Source of the DNA: Candidatus Eiseniibacteriota bacterium | Lineage (GTDB): Bacteria > Eisenbacteria > RBG-16-71-46 > CAIMUX01 > VGJL01 | DNA length: 64,000 bases | Reading direction: 5' to 3' | Assembly (NCBI GenBank): GCA_963792585.1 | Contig: CAWBWI010000001.1 | Coordinates: 1,408,001-1,472,000 of the forward strand | Part shown: positions 50,661 through 60,414 of the stretch, one piece after another | Position numbering within the stretch: position 1 is the stretch's first letter | How the letters are laid out: every line of letters begins with the position of its first letter | The notes under the pieces: model-generated | Told to the model about the DNA's origin: nothing | Database searches by the model: none | What the model saw: only the letters and a program-made list of their open reading frames with translations | Program-made: the position numbers and the translations under genes

Positions 50661-51607
50661 GGAATGGCCCGCGCGATGCGCTCTCGAAGCTCGGATGGGC
50701 CGCCCGCCATCACGATGAACGGATCCTCGGACCGCGTGGCGGCGACGACCAGAGACGTCTCTCTCCCGAGTTCCACCTGGACGCTCTGCAAGACGCGATC
50801 GATCCTACCGTAGAGGCGGGGTGCGCTCGAACGGAGACGGCGCAAGAAGAAGAGGCGCTCGGTCTCTTGCGCTTCAAGGGCGGAAACGCGCGTGGACTCC
50901 TCGGCGGCGATGGCGGATGCGGTCCATGGGAGCAGATCGTCCTCGTAGGCGCTGGCGAGCGCGAGCCTCAGGAACAGACGTTCCGGGCGCCGGTCGCGGC
51001 CGTAGTAGATCGCGGTATTCGCGAAGAGGCGATCGACCGCGTACGCGTGGCGGATCTTCCATAGCGGGTGCCCGGACGTCGCGGGCATCGCCGCGAGGGT
51101 GTGGGTTTGGAGATCCGTGAGGCTCGCGAATTCGAGGACCTCTTCCCAACGCAGGGCCTCGTCCAGACCGGCGATGTGACGGAAGTCGGAGATCGCGGCC
51201 TCGCCCTGCCACGCGGCGAGCATCTCGGGGGACGGGGCGCCGTCGGAGTCCTCCCATTCGGCATCCCCGAGCAACTCGGAGGAGATCGTGAGCACCCTCT
51301 CGCCCGCCGCCGGGCGCCCTTGCCAACCGATGTCGATCACGTGGCCGCGGGCATCGTCTCGGAGATCAACGCGGATCGAGTCGATCCTCGCCGCTGCGGC
51401 TGAATCGATCGGGAGCAGATCCCCGCGCCTCGAAGTCGTGGCCAGCCACGGCAGGAGTCCTTCGTTGATGAGGCGCCGGACGGTCGAGGCGCGCGCACCG
51501 GGAAGCTCGATCCAGACCAGCGTTCCCGCAATCGCCGGCGCCGCCGCCGCGAGGAGCAGGAACAACAGGATCGTGGTCTTCGCCGTCATGGCGATACAAG
51601 ATAGCAC
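50657..51607 (-). CDS. Hypothetical exported protein
   Basis: Signal peptide (ILLFLLLAAAAPAIA); ATGA coupling to the acyl-CoA ligase. Confidence 0.6.
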   Translation of the reverse strand: MLSCIAMTAKTTILLFLLLAAAAPAIAGTLVWIELPGARASTVRRLINEGLLPWLATTSRRGDLLPIDSAAAARIDSIRVDLRDDARGHVIDIGWQGRPAAGERVLTISSELLGDAEWEDSDGAPSPEMLAAWQGEAAISDFRHIAGLDEALRWEEVLEFASLTDLQTHTLAAMPATSGHPLWKIRHAYAVDRLFANTAIYYGRDRRPERLFLRLALASAYEDDLLPWTASAIAAEESTRVSALEAQETERLFFLRRLRSSAPRLYGRIDRVLQSVQVELGRETSLVVAATRSEDPFIVMAGGPSELRERIARAIP

Positions 51608-51643
51608 AGGTTCTGCGGCGTAGCTTGCCCCGGCCGGCGGTCG

Positions 51644-52780
51644 GTGTTAGCGTCCGGCGGCGTGATCCCCGTTCGGAGGAAATCGCCCCCCAGGATCGTC
51701 CACCTGGTCACCGATCTACGGCTCGGGGGCACGCAGCGAATGATCCTCGCGCGCGTGCGGGGGATTTCCGGTTACGAACATCATGTCTGGGCTCCCGCGC
51801 GGATCGCTTCGGGCCACGCTACGGATATCGTAGAGGAGCTGGAGGACGCGGGAGCTTCGGTCATGGCCGGCCGCAGCGGCCCCTTCGGCGCCGCGACGTG
51901 GCTCGCCAAGGCGCATCTGCGGGTGTCGCGGCTCGCCCCCGCGATCGTCGAATCGACCCTCTACCACACACACCTCGTGGCGCCGCATCTGGCCTCCGCG
52001 GGCAGAGCGCGCTGGATCCTGTCGAAGGAGAGCACGGATGATTGGATGAGCGCGGCCCAGGCACGAAGGGAGGCGGGCATCGCGACCCGCGCCGATGCGG
52101 TCGTCGCCGTCTCCCGCGCCGCCGCGGCTGCTCTCGAACGCGCCGGGACACCTGCATCGAACGTGCGGGTGATCCCCAACGGGATACCGCCGGGGCCTCC
52201 CTCCTGGAGACCTCTCGATGAAGGGGGCGCGGAGCCGATGATCCTTTTCGTGGGGCGTCTGGATCCCGCGAAGGGACTGCCCGAACTGATCGGGGCCGCG
52301 CGCCTGCTGCTGGAACGAGGATGCCGGATCCGACTGCAGATCCAAGGAGACGGGCGCGAGGAAGGACTGGTCCGCGATGCGATGGCCATTGCGCCGCTGG
52401 CGGGCCGGGCGCGGCTCATCCCCCACGCCGAGGCGGTGAGATGCGCGCCGCGGCCCGAGAGTGCCCCCTGCATCTTCGTGCTCCCTTCCCGCTATGAGGG
52501 ATTCGGGATCGTCTTGCTCGAGGCGATGCGTCTCGGGCTGCCGGTTGTCGCCACGCGCACGGGTGGCATTCCGGAGGTCGTGCGCGACGGCATCGAAGGC
52601 CTGCTCGTCCCGCCGCGCGATCCCGCCGCACTCGCGGACGCGATCACGCACCTGATCGAGGATCCTGCGCTGCGCGGCAGGCTCGCGGCGGCCGGGCGCG
52701 CCCGCGCAGACGCGTTCCGCGAGGATGCGATGTGCGCGGCGTGGGGGGCCATCTACGCGGACCTGGCCGGCGTCCCGTGA
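51644..52780 (+). CDS. GT4 glycosyltransferase
   Basis: GGTQR, VIPNG, FVGRLDPAKG and PSRYEGFGIVLLEAM motifs. Confidence 0.9.
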   Translation: MLASGGVIPVRRKSPPRIVHLVTDLRLGGTQRMILARVRGISGYEHHVWAPARIASGHATDIVEELEDAGASVMAGRSGPFGAATWLAKAHLRVSRLAPAIVESTLYHTHLVAPHLASAGRARWILSKESTDDWMSAAQARREAGIATRADAVVAVSRAAAAALERAGTPASNVRVIPNGIPPGPPSWRPLDEGGAEPMILFVGRLDPAKGLPELIGAARLLLERGCRIRLQIQGDGREEGLVRDAMAIAPLAGRARLIPHAEAVRCAPRPESAPCIFVLPSRYEGFGIVLLEAMRLGLPVVATRTGGIPEVVRDGIEGLLVPPRDPAALADAITHLIEDPALRGRLAAAGRARADAFREDAMCAAWGAIYADLAGVP

Positions 52781-53904
52781 AGCACGTTCAGATCATCACA
52801 CGCCTCATCGTCGGCGGCGCCCAGCGGATTGCCATCGAAACCGCCGCCGATTGCCGGGCCCGCGGAGACGACGTCCAGATCTGGTGCGGTCCTCAGACGG
52901 GACCGGAGGGAAGTCTCGCGGACGAGACCCGTGCGCGCGGAATCCCCCTCCTGATAGTCCCCAATCTCGTGAAAGAGGTCTCCCCCCTTCGAGACGCGGC
53001 TGCCCTGCGTTGGCTCGCCGCGCGGTTGCGGCGGGAGCGGCCCGATGTCGTCCACACCCATAGCAGCAAGGCGGGAATCCTCGGACGCCGCGCGGCGCGC
53101 TCCGCGCGGATTCCGCGTATCGCCCATACCATCCACGGATGGGGCTTCTCGGAGCGCACACCACTCCCCGCGCGTCTTGCCTTCATTCTCGTCGAGCGCG
53201 CTGCGGCCGGCTGGGCGGACCGATTGGTCGCCGTCTCCGAGGCGGTGCGCGCGGAGGGGCTTCGCAATGGGATCGGTCGCGCGGATTCATATGAGGTGGT
53301 CCGCCCGGGGATCGACACCGTGGCCTACGAGGATCTCGCTGCGATCCAAGCGCGCGGGCGGGCGCTTCGTGACGCGCTCGGAATCCCATCCGATGCGGTC
53401 CTGGCCGGGACGGTCACCCGTCTCTCCCCGCAGAAGAACCCCATGCGGATCGTGAAGGCTGCACGCGATCACAAGGATCTTCACTGGCTGATCGTCGGGG
53501 ACGGACCGATGCGCGATGCGATCGAGAGGGAGATCTCCCGTAACGGGCTCTGCGATCGAGTGCGCCTGGCGGGACTGCGAGAGGACGTCGCCTCGTGCCT
53601 TGCCGCGCTCGACATCTTCGTCCTCACCTCACTGTGGGAGGGGCTCCCCCTGACCCTGCTGGAAGCGAAGATGGCGGGGGTCCCAATCGTCGCCGCGCGG
53701 GTGGGAGGAGTCGACGAGATCCTCCCGTCCCCTCCTGCGGGCTGGGGATTCCCGGTTGGGGACGCGACGGCGTTCGACCGGGCGCTGGCGTCCTGCGTCG
53801 CAGCGCTTCCCGCCGCCCGCGAGGCCGCGCTGCGCGACCGCGCGACGTCCATGGAGGAGCACTCCCTGCGAAGGATGCTGGATCGTATCCACGCGCTTTA
53901 CTAG
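52777..53904 (+). CDS. GT4 glycosyltransferase
   Basis: ITRLIVGGAQ, HTHSSKAG, HTIHG and SLWEGLPLTLLEA motifs. Confidence 0.9.
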   Translation: MKHVQIITRLIVGGAQRIAIETAADCRARGDDVQIWCGPQTGPEGSLADETRARGIPLLIVPNLVKEVSPLRDAAALRWLAARLRRERPDVVHTHSSKAGILGRRAARSARIPRIAHTIHGWGFSERTPLPARLAFILVERAAAGWADRLVAVSEAVRAEGLRNGIGRADSYEVVRPGIDTVAYEDLAAIQARGRALRDALGIPSDAVLAGTVTRLSPQKNPMRIVKAARDHKDLHWLIVGDGPMRDAIEREISRNGLCDRVRLAGLREDVASCLAALDIFVLTSLWEGLPLTLLEAKMAGVPIVAARVGGVDEILPSPPAGWGFPVGDATAFDRALASCVAALPAAREAALRDRATSMEEHSLRRMLDRIHALY

Positions 53905-53962
53905 ACTCCCCTCATTGTTGAGGTTCGATGAGACCGGCACGCCCGGTAGGAGGTTTGCGTCC

Positions 53963-55240
53963 ATGCGTGGCACATTCGATCGTCAATCCGCCTTCGGAAA
54001 CGCGCTGCGGCAGTTCGACCGCGCCGCGAAGATCCTGAAGCTGTCCAACAACCAGATCGCGGTCATCAAGGAACCGCGCCGTGTGACCGAGGTGCGTCTG
54101 CCGGTCCAGATGGATGACGGGAGCATCGAGGTCTTCACCGGTTACCGGGTGCAGCACAACATCGCGCGGGGGCCGGCGAAGGGAGGCGTTCGCTTCCATC
54201 CCGATGTGAACATCGACGAGGTCAAGGCGCTCGCTTTCTGGATGACCTACAAGTGCGCGGTCGTGAATATTCCAATGGGCGGCGGCAAGGGAGGGGTCAT
54301 CGTCGACCCCGATAAGCTCTCCCTGGCCGAGAAGGAGCGTCTTTGCCGGCGCTACTTCGCCGAGATGATCGACCTCTTCGGGGGCAACCGCGACGTCCCC
54401 GCGCCCGATGTGAACACGGGCCCGCAGGTCATGGCCTGGTTCATGGACACCTATTCGATGCACCACCAGGACTATCTGCCGGAGGTCGTGACGGGCAAGC
54501 CGGTCGAGATCGGCGGCAGTCTGGGCCGCGAGACGGCGACGGCCGACGGGGTGACGATCTGCATCCGCGACGCTGCGCGGCATCTCAAGCTGGATCTCGC
54601 GGGCGCGCGCGTGGCCGTCCAGGGCTTCGGCAACGTGGGCAGCTACACCGCGCTGAACCTGCTCCGCGACGGCTGCAAGATCGTGGCCCTTGCCGATGTG
54701 ACCGGCGCCTACGTCAACCCGCGTGGGATCAACGTCGAGAAGTTCGCGGAGTACGCGCGGGCGCACAGGGGGAAGCTCAAGGGGATCGAGAAGGAGATCA
54801 AGGGCGTCCGGCTCCTCAAGGACGCGAAGGACATCCTGGAACTCGACCTCGAGATCCTCGTTCCCGCCGCGCTCGAGAACCAGATCAACGGGGACAACGC
54901 GGGCAGGATTCAGGCGAGGATGATCGCCGAAGGGGCGAACGGGCCTCTGACCACCGAGGCGGACGACATCCTGGACAAGATGAACGTCTTCGTGATCCCC
55001 GACATCCTCTGCAACGCGGGGGGCGTGACCGTCAGCTACCTCGAGTGGGTTCAGAACAGGATGGGGTACTACTGGTCGGAGCGGCGCGTCTACGAGGACC
55101 TCGAGCAGATCATGAAGTCGGCGTTCCGGACGGTGCTCGAGACGAGCATCCAGTACAAGGTCAACATGCGCATCGCCGCCTTCATCGTGGCGATCAAGCG
55201 CGTCACCCAAGCGGCGGAGCTTCGCGGGTTGTACGCATAG
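53963..55240 (+). CDS. gdhA: Glu/Leu/Phe/Val dehydrogenase (glutamate dehydrogenase)
   Basis: GPAKGGVRFHP, GGGKGG, DVPAPD, VQGFGNVG, EGANGP and NAGGVTVSYLEW motifs. Confidence 0.93.
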   Translation: MRGTFDRQSAFGNALRQFDRAAKILKLSNNQIAVIKEPRRVTEVRLPVQMDDGSIEVFTGYRVQHNIARGPAKGGVRFHPDVNIDEVKALAFWMTYKCAVVNIPMGGGKGGVIVDPDKLSLAEKERLCRRYFAEMIDLFGGNRDVPAPDVNTGPQVMAWFMDTYSMHHQDYLPEVVTGKPVEIGGSLGRETATADGVTICIRDAARHLKLDLAGARVAVQGFGNVGSYTALNLLRDGCKIVALADVTGAYVNPRGINVEKFAEYARAHRGKLKGIEKEIKGVRLLKDAKDILELDLEILVPAALENQINGDNAGRIQARMIAEGANGPLTTEADDILDKMNVFVIPDILCNAGGVTVSYLEWVQNRMGYYWSERRVYEDLEQIMKSAFRTVLETSIQYKVNMRIAAFIVAIKRVTQAAELRGLYA

Positions 55241-55296
55241 CGACGGCAGGTTCGCCCGCGTGATCCGGAGCGCCAGTCGCGGGGGCGCACGCAAGA

Positions 55297-55327
55297 AAGC
55301 CCGGAGGCGATGACCGCCTCCGGGCTT
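55297..55327. terminator. Terminator between convergent genes
   Basis: 13-bp stem AAGCCCGGAGGCG / CGCCTCCGGGCTT with a T-rich tail on the minus strand. Confidence 0.75.
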
Positions 55328-55349
55328 CCCACTTGAACCGAAGTTCAGA

Positions 55350-56261
55350 CTAGCGGAACAACGACTTGACGGCGCCCCAGGTCGCGTCCTGAACCGGGGT
55401 CGCACAGGGAATGCCCTCGTGCTTGCGGATGATGTTGTCACCGAAACCGGAAACGTAGACGAACGCGGACTCGTCGGAGGTGATGGCCGTCGTGCTGGAC
55501 CCAGCAGCATTGAAGGTCTGCGACGGGCTGTTGAACGGCGAGTCGTAGTAGCCGAGCTGGTTGGCACCGAAGTCGGCGATGAAGAAAGCGTTCAGGCAGT
55601 TGTCATAGTCGACACCCGCGAAGAAGCCGTACGCGACTTCCTGCGAGATCTGGGTCCAGGTGCCGCCCGCGTTGAGGGTGATCTGGTGGATGTACCCCTC
55701 GAAGTCACTCGCCCAAACGTCGCCGTTGGCGTCGACGGCGACGCCGATGATGGTGTTGATGTGGGCGCCGTTCGTGCATCCATTGCTCGCGCCGTCCAGG
55801 ATCCAGTGGTCGAGAAGCGCGCCGCTGACCCGATCGACCGAGTAGATGATGTCGTCGCTGAGGATCAGGTCACCCTGGTAGTCGGCGATCAACAGGCGAT
55901 TGCCGTCCACACAGGCGTCGTCCGAGAAGCCATCGGTGGTCAACCCGTAGGCCGTGACGTTGAACGTACGGATCACGGGATGTCCCGCACCGACGCTGAT
56001 CAGCGAGATGCTGCCGGTGCTCTCGTTGGCAACCCAGACACCGTTGTCGTTCGGGTCATAGGCGAGGCCGACGATGTTGGCGATCCCCGGGTTCCACGAG
56101 TCGATCTGGGTGCCGAATGAGCGGTCCGGGGCGCTGCCGCCCTGGCCGCCGATTCCGTTCGCCGTGCAGTAATCGACAAAGCTGCTGTACTCCGTGGCGC
56201 CAGCAACGCTGACAACCGAGGCCAGCAGGGACAGAGCGACAATCCAGTAGCACTTCCGCAT
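55350..56261 (-). CDS. Secreted beta-propeller (NHL/YncE-like) protein with C-terminal TWGAVKSLFR tail
   Basis: AGGAGG RBS; signal peptide; blade-like repeats (GLAYD..VWV, GVAVD..VWA, GVDYD, AITSD). Confidence 0.85.
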   Translation of the reverse strand: MRKCYWIVALSLLASVVSVAGATEYSSFVDYCTANGIGGQGGSAPDRSFGTQIDSWNPGIANIVGLAYDPNDNGVWVANESTGSISLISVGAGHPVIRTFNVTAYGLTTDGFSDDACVDGNRLLIADYQGDLILSDDIIYSVDRVSGALLDHWILDGASNGCTNGAHINTIIGVAVDANGDVWASDFEGYIHQITLNAGGTWTQISQEVAYGFFAGVDYDNCLNAFFIADFGANQLGYYDSPFNSPSQTFNAAGSSTTAITSDESAFVYVSGFGDNIIRKHEGIPCATPVQDATWGAVKSLFR

Positions 56262-56472
56262 GCGATTCCTCCTTGGTCTCCGAATGTTCACATTCGCTCC
56301 CGCGTGAAACCGGCCATGGCGCAGGAGCGGTTCACTGGGTGTGGCTTACACGCCCCCCCAAAGTGGTTGAAACATCATAAGCCCAGATGCATTCCGACTC
56401 AAGGGAAACCGTTGGTTACCCCGCTTCTATATTATCGCCAATTGCGGCGATATAATTGGGTGGATTCGTACG

Positions 56473-57600
56473 CTAAAAGCGTGGATATCCACTCAAAGAC
56501 TGCCACGCCCACTGGAACTCGACTCTCCGTTCGGGCGGCGCTCCCCGGACTTCCAGGACGCGGAACTTCGCGTAGTGCCCGTCCGCAGTGAGAATGGCGT
56601 ACACGGTATTGTCGATGAGTTGCGCTTCTCGAACCATGGGGCCGTCGTTCGGCATCGCAGCATCCCAGTCGGATCCCAGGACCTGAATCCCCGTCACGCG
56701 GCTCGTCCAGGAGGGGTCCCGATAGGAGAGTAGGTTGGGGCTCTTGATCCGAAGCTCTCCGGGACCGTCCGAGGGATCGCTGGTGCCCAGATACAGGTCG
56801 ATCCTCTCGATCTGGACGGGATCGAGCGTCTCCACGAGCCCTCCCGGCAGATGCACCCCTTTCGCTCCACGGCGGCTCGAAACCTCGTATAGGGAGCCGC
56901 TTCCGAAGCCGTCGAGCCGCGCCGCCGTGTCGATCTCCGGTCCCGCTTCGGACCGCTCGATCAATCCTTCGTAGTCGCGCCGCGAACGGAGGTGGATGAA
57001 GATCTTCTCCCCCGGCGTCACCGAGAGGAGCCTGTACTGCAGGCGATCGAGAGGTACCGGCGTCCGGAGGTATCGGGCGAGGGTTTCGGGGGGTGCGTCC
57101 AGAAGGGAATGGGTGGCGGCATAGACTTCGTACCCCGTCCAGTGCTCGACCGACGCATCCCGTGCCGACCGCCATCCGACGCTGACCAGGTTCGCCCCGT
57201 TGCTGAACCCGATCGAGTCGGGCGGCGCCACCCTCACCACCTCGATCGGCAGGGTCGTTGTGACCGTGTCCTCGAAGTCGGTGACCCATACCCGGAGCGA
57301 TTGCGGACCGATCCCCGGCGGGCTCACCCAGGCAACGGTGGAAAGCACGTTGCCGGAGGGAAAGCGCCCCGAGGAGGCCTCCCACCAGTACTTCATGAAC
57401 TCCTTGTCCCGGTCCCTGGCTTTACAGGCCGCGAAGATCTGCTGCGCGGCGAGGATCCGCGCGGGATGCGCTTCAACCGATAGGATCTCGGGAGGATTGT
57501 TCTCGGGGGGCGGGGATGGCATGGTCTCTTTCGAGCAGCCGAGAGGCAGGCACGCGAGAAGTGCAACGATCATGGGCCATCGCATCGGGACCGCCTTCAC
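56473..57600 (-). CDS. Lipoprotein with Ig/PKD- and FN3-like segments
   Basis: Lipobox LPLGC; NNPPEI..V.A.P, YWWEASSG and WTGYEVY. Confidence 0.75.
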   Translation of the reverse strand: MKAVPMRWPMIVALLACLPLGCSKETMPSPPPENNPPEILSVEAHPARILAAQQIFAACKARDRDKEFMKYWWEASSGRFPSGNVLSTVAWVSPPGIGPQSLRVWVTDFEDTVTTTLPIEVVRVAPPDSIGFSNGANLVSVGWRSARDASVEHWTGYEVYAATHSLLDAPPETLARYLRTPVPLDRLQYRLLSVTPGEKIFIHLRSRRDYEGLIERSEAGPEIDTAARLDGFGSGSLYEVSSRRGAKGVHLPGGLVETLDPVQIERIDLYLGTSDPSDGPGELRIKSPNLLSYRDPSWTSRVTGIQVLGSDWDAAMPNDGPMVREAQLIDNTVYAILTADGHYAKFRVLEVRGAPPERRVEFQWAWQSLSGYPRF

Positions 57601-57689
57601 CCCGGCTCCATGGTCGGAGTATGCAGCGGACCGGGCCCCAGGCCAAGCGGCACTTCGCGGCGGAGGGATCCGGCGGGGAGGTCCGGACC

Positions 57690-58112
57690 CTAGTGGGCCG
57701 GGCTCATCACCGTCGGTACGGCGGCCCGATGAGGCTGCCCCCCCCAGCGCGCGCGACGGATCATGAACAGGTTGAGGGCCGTGGCCACCCCGTCGCCGTT
57801 TCCGACCCGGGTGGCATGGCGCACGTTCGGCTCGACGGAGATCATCTCGCCCTTGCCGACGCGGATCGTCTGGCCCTCGATGACGAACTCGAGGGTTCCC
57901 TCTTCGACGATCGTGATCTGCTCTTGGGGATGGAAGTGCTCCGGAAAGTCCGTGGCGTCCTGGTACACACAGCGGACGACAGTGACCCGGTCGGTAGCGA
58001 TCACCTGCTGCTCGAGGAAGCGCTTGGCTTCGCTCGGCTCGACCCCTCGTAGGTCCTTCCAGCTGCTCAGCGTGTAGCGCCCGATGTGGGTGCGGTTGCC
58101 GATTCGCGACAC
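57690..58112 (-). CDS. Cupin domain protein
   Basis: FPEHFHPQEQIT.VEEG and PNVRH motifs. Confidence 0.88.
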   Translation of the reverse strand: MSRIGNRTHIGRYTLSSWKDLRGVEPSEAKRFLEQQVIATDRVTVVRCVYQDATDFPEHFHPQEQITIVEEGTLEFVIEGQTIRVGKGEMISVEPNVRHATRVGNGDGVATALNLFMIRRARWGGQPHRAAVPTVMSPAH

Positions 58113-58166
58113 AGTCCCTCTCCTCGCGTGAATGGTTCGATGCGGAGGGTGCCTCCTCCGCCGCAC

Positions 58167-58955
58167 CTATCGGCGCGAAGGGAGCCCTTCTGAAGAGGAC
58201 ATTGCGCGACGGGCAATTCCATCGATCGCCGAGACGAGTTCATCCACGCTGTCGGCGACCGCGTCGGGAGTTTCCTCGGGTCCGGCCGGCGGAATCCGGC
58301 TAATACTCTCCCTGCCCTGACTCTCGAAATAGAGGGCCTCGTACTCGCCGCGCGGCCGGTAGGCCTTCAGTTCGTGCGGAATGCGACAGAGGATGGTCCA
58401 CATCCCGACCGCGCGCGCGGGGGCGATGTCGTTGTCGGCGCGGTCGCCGATCATGACCGCCTCATTGGCCGCGCACCCTGCCCGGTCGAGAGCCCAGAGG
58501 TAGAGCTTCGGATCCGGCTTGCGAATGCCGACGGCCTCGCTGATCGCCCTTATCCGGATGAACGGCCCCAGGCCGACCTGGTCGAGGGCGCCGGAGACTT
58601 CTTTCAGTTGGTTGGCGACGACACCGATCGCGAAACGGTCGGCCAGTCGACGGACCACCTCATCCATTCCCGGGATAATGGAATGGCTGGCCATGTAGTC
58701 AGCGCGCATCTGCGAAGCGCAGCGGTGCATCAGCCGGTAGTGGCCCTCCTCACCGAGATACTTGCGGCCGAGAACCGCCCAGTGCTCCGGGCCACGGGTA
58801 CGGATCAGTTCCTCCCGCTCGGCGAGCAGATCGCGGAAGCTGAATCGGTAGCCGTGGGAGCAGAGCGCGCGGTGGAGTTCCCGGTAGAGCAGCGCCATCG
58901 CCGGGTCGTCATTCATCAGCACGTTGCCGATGTCGAGGAATACCCAGCGAAGCAC
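58167..58955 (-). CDS. HAD family hydrolase
   Basis: FLDIGNVL, KPDP and MIGDRADND motifs. Confidence 0.9.
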   Translation of the reverse strand: MLRWVFLDIGNVLMNDDPAMALLYRELHRALCSHGYRFSFRDLLAEREELIRTRGPEHWAVLGRKYLGEEGHYRLMHRCASQMRADYMASHSIIPGMDEVVRRLADRFAIGVVANQLKEVSGALDQVGLGPFIRIRAISEAVGIRKPDPKLYLWALDRAGCAANEAVMIGDRADNDIAPARAVGMWTILCRIPHELKAYRPRGEYEALYFESQGRESISRIPPAGPEETPDAVADSVDELVSAIDGIARRAMSSSEGLPSRR

Positions 58956-58962
58956 GGCGGAC

Positions 58963-60414
58963 CTACCGGACAGCCAGCACCGAGGCCCTCGCGTAGTCGA
59001 GCAAGCGTGTCACACCCGGAAGTCCCGCGTCGGGGCCGAAGCCGGCCCAGAGGATGGCGAACACGCAGACGGCCACGACAAGGGCGGCGGCAAAGCTCCG
59101 TCCCGCCTCCAGTTTCAAGATGGAAGGTCGCATATAGAGGGTCACCATCACACGAAGATAGTAGGCGACCGACAGCGCGCTGTTGAGCACGGCGATCACG
59201 ACCAGGGGCACGTGTCCGTGGTTGACGGCGCTGCGGAAGATCGCGTACTTCCCGAAGAATCCCGCCGTTGGCGGAATCCCCGATAGAGCGATCATGAATA
59301 CGCTCATCGCGATCCCCATGGCGGGATACCGCCAACCGAGTCCGCCGTAGTCGCCCATGTCGAGGTGCTCGTTGCCCTTTTCCCCGAAGGCGACGACAAC
59401 GGCGAACGCCCCGATGGTCATGAACGTGTAGGCGAGGAGATAGTAGAGGATCGCGGAGATCGCATCCGGATCGCCGGACGCGGCGTAGACGGTCACCCCG
59501 ACGAGGATGTAGCCCGCGTGCGCGATCGACGAATAGGCGAGCATCCGTTTGATGTTCGATTGGGTCAGGGCCGCCAGATTGCCGACCGTCATGGTGAGAA
59601 CGGCCAGCCACCAGAAGAGCTGGGTCAACGGGAGGCCGGTGAGCGCGCCGGTTTTGTAGGCCAGGACACGCAGGAGGGCGGCGAACGCGGCCGCCTTCAC
59701 CCCGGTCGCCATGAAGGCCGTCACCGTCGTCGGGGCTCCCTCGTACACGTCGGGAGTCCACATGTGGAAGGGCACCGCCGCGACCTTGAAGAGGAAGCCG
59801 ACGAGCAACAGCAGGTAGCCGATCTGCAACAGGGGCTCTGCTTCGGGCACCGCGCGCATCGCCGCCGTCAATTCCGTCGTCCCCGCCGCGCCATAGACGA
59901 ACGCGATTCCCAGAAGGAGGATCGCGCTCGAGAACGCCCCGAGCAGGAAGTACTTCAGCGCCGCCTCCCCGCTCTTCGCGTCGCGGCGGCTGTACCCCGA
60001 GAGGATGTAGACGGGAATCGAGAGCAACTCGAGTCCGAGGAATAGGATCAGCAGGTCGGTCGAGGAGGCGAAGAGGACCAAACCGGCGCTCGAGAAGAGA
60101 AGGAGCGCGAAGAAATCCCCCCGCATCCGGCCGATCCGCCGGAGATAGGGCTCGGAAAGGACCGCCGCCAGCGCGGCGCTGACGCAAACGAGCGCCGTGA
60201 CGAAGGTCGAGAAACGATCGACCGTGAGCCATCCGGCGCCGGCCGCATTTCCGCCGGTGACCGCACGCACGAAGGCCACGATGAGCACGAGCAAGGTCGG
60301 GATGCTCCAGGGAATCGTTCGCTTGCGTCCAAGGATCGTGTCGAGAAGGACGAGCAGGAGCGCACCGCCGGCCAGCACCAGGAAGGGGCCGCGTGGAAGC
60401 CACGAGAGGATCAT
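58963..60414 (-). CDS. nuoN: NADH-quinone oxidoreductase subunit N
   Basis: EAALKYFLLG, FKVAAVPFHMWTPDVYEGAPT and KRMLAYSSIAH motifs. Confidence 0.95.
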   Translation of the reverse strand: MILSWLPRGPFLVLAGGALLLVLLDTILGRKRTIPWSIPTLLVLIVAFVRAVTGGNAAGAGWLTVDRFSTFVTALVCVSAALAAVLSEPYLRRIGRMRGDFFALLLFSSAGLVLFASSTDLLILFLGLELLSIPVYILSGYSRRDAKSGEAALKYFLLGAFSSAILLLGIAFVYGAAGTTELTAAMRAVPEAEPLLQIGYLLLLVGFLFKVAAVPFHMWTPDVYEGAPTTVTAFMATGVKAAAFAALLRVLAYKTGALTGLPLTQLFWWLAVLTMTVGNLAALTQSNIKRMLAYSSIAHAGYILVGVTVYAASGDPDAISAILYYLLAYTFMTIGAFAVVVAFGEKGNEHLDMGDYGGLGWRYPAMGIAMSVFMIALSGIPPTAGFFGKYAIFRSAVNHGHVPLVVIAVLNSALSVAYYLRVMVTLYMRPSILKLEAGRSFAAALVVAVCVFAILWAGFGPDAGLPGVTRLLDYARASVLAVR

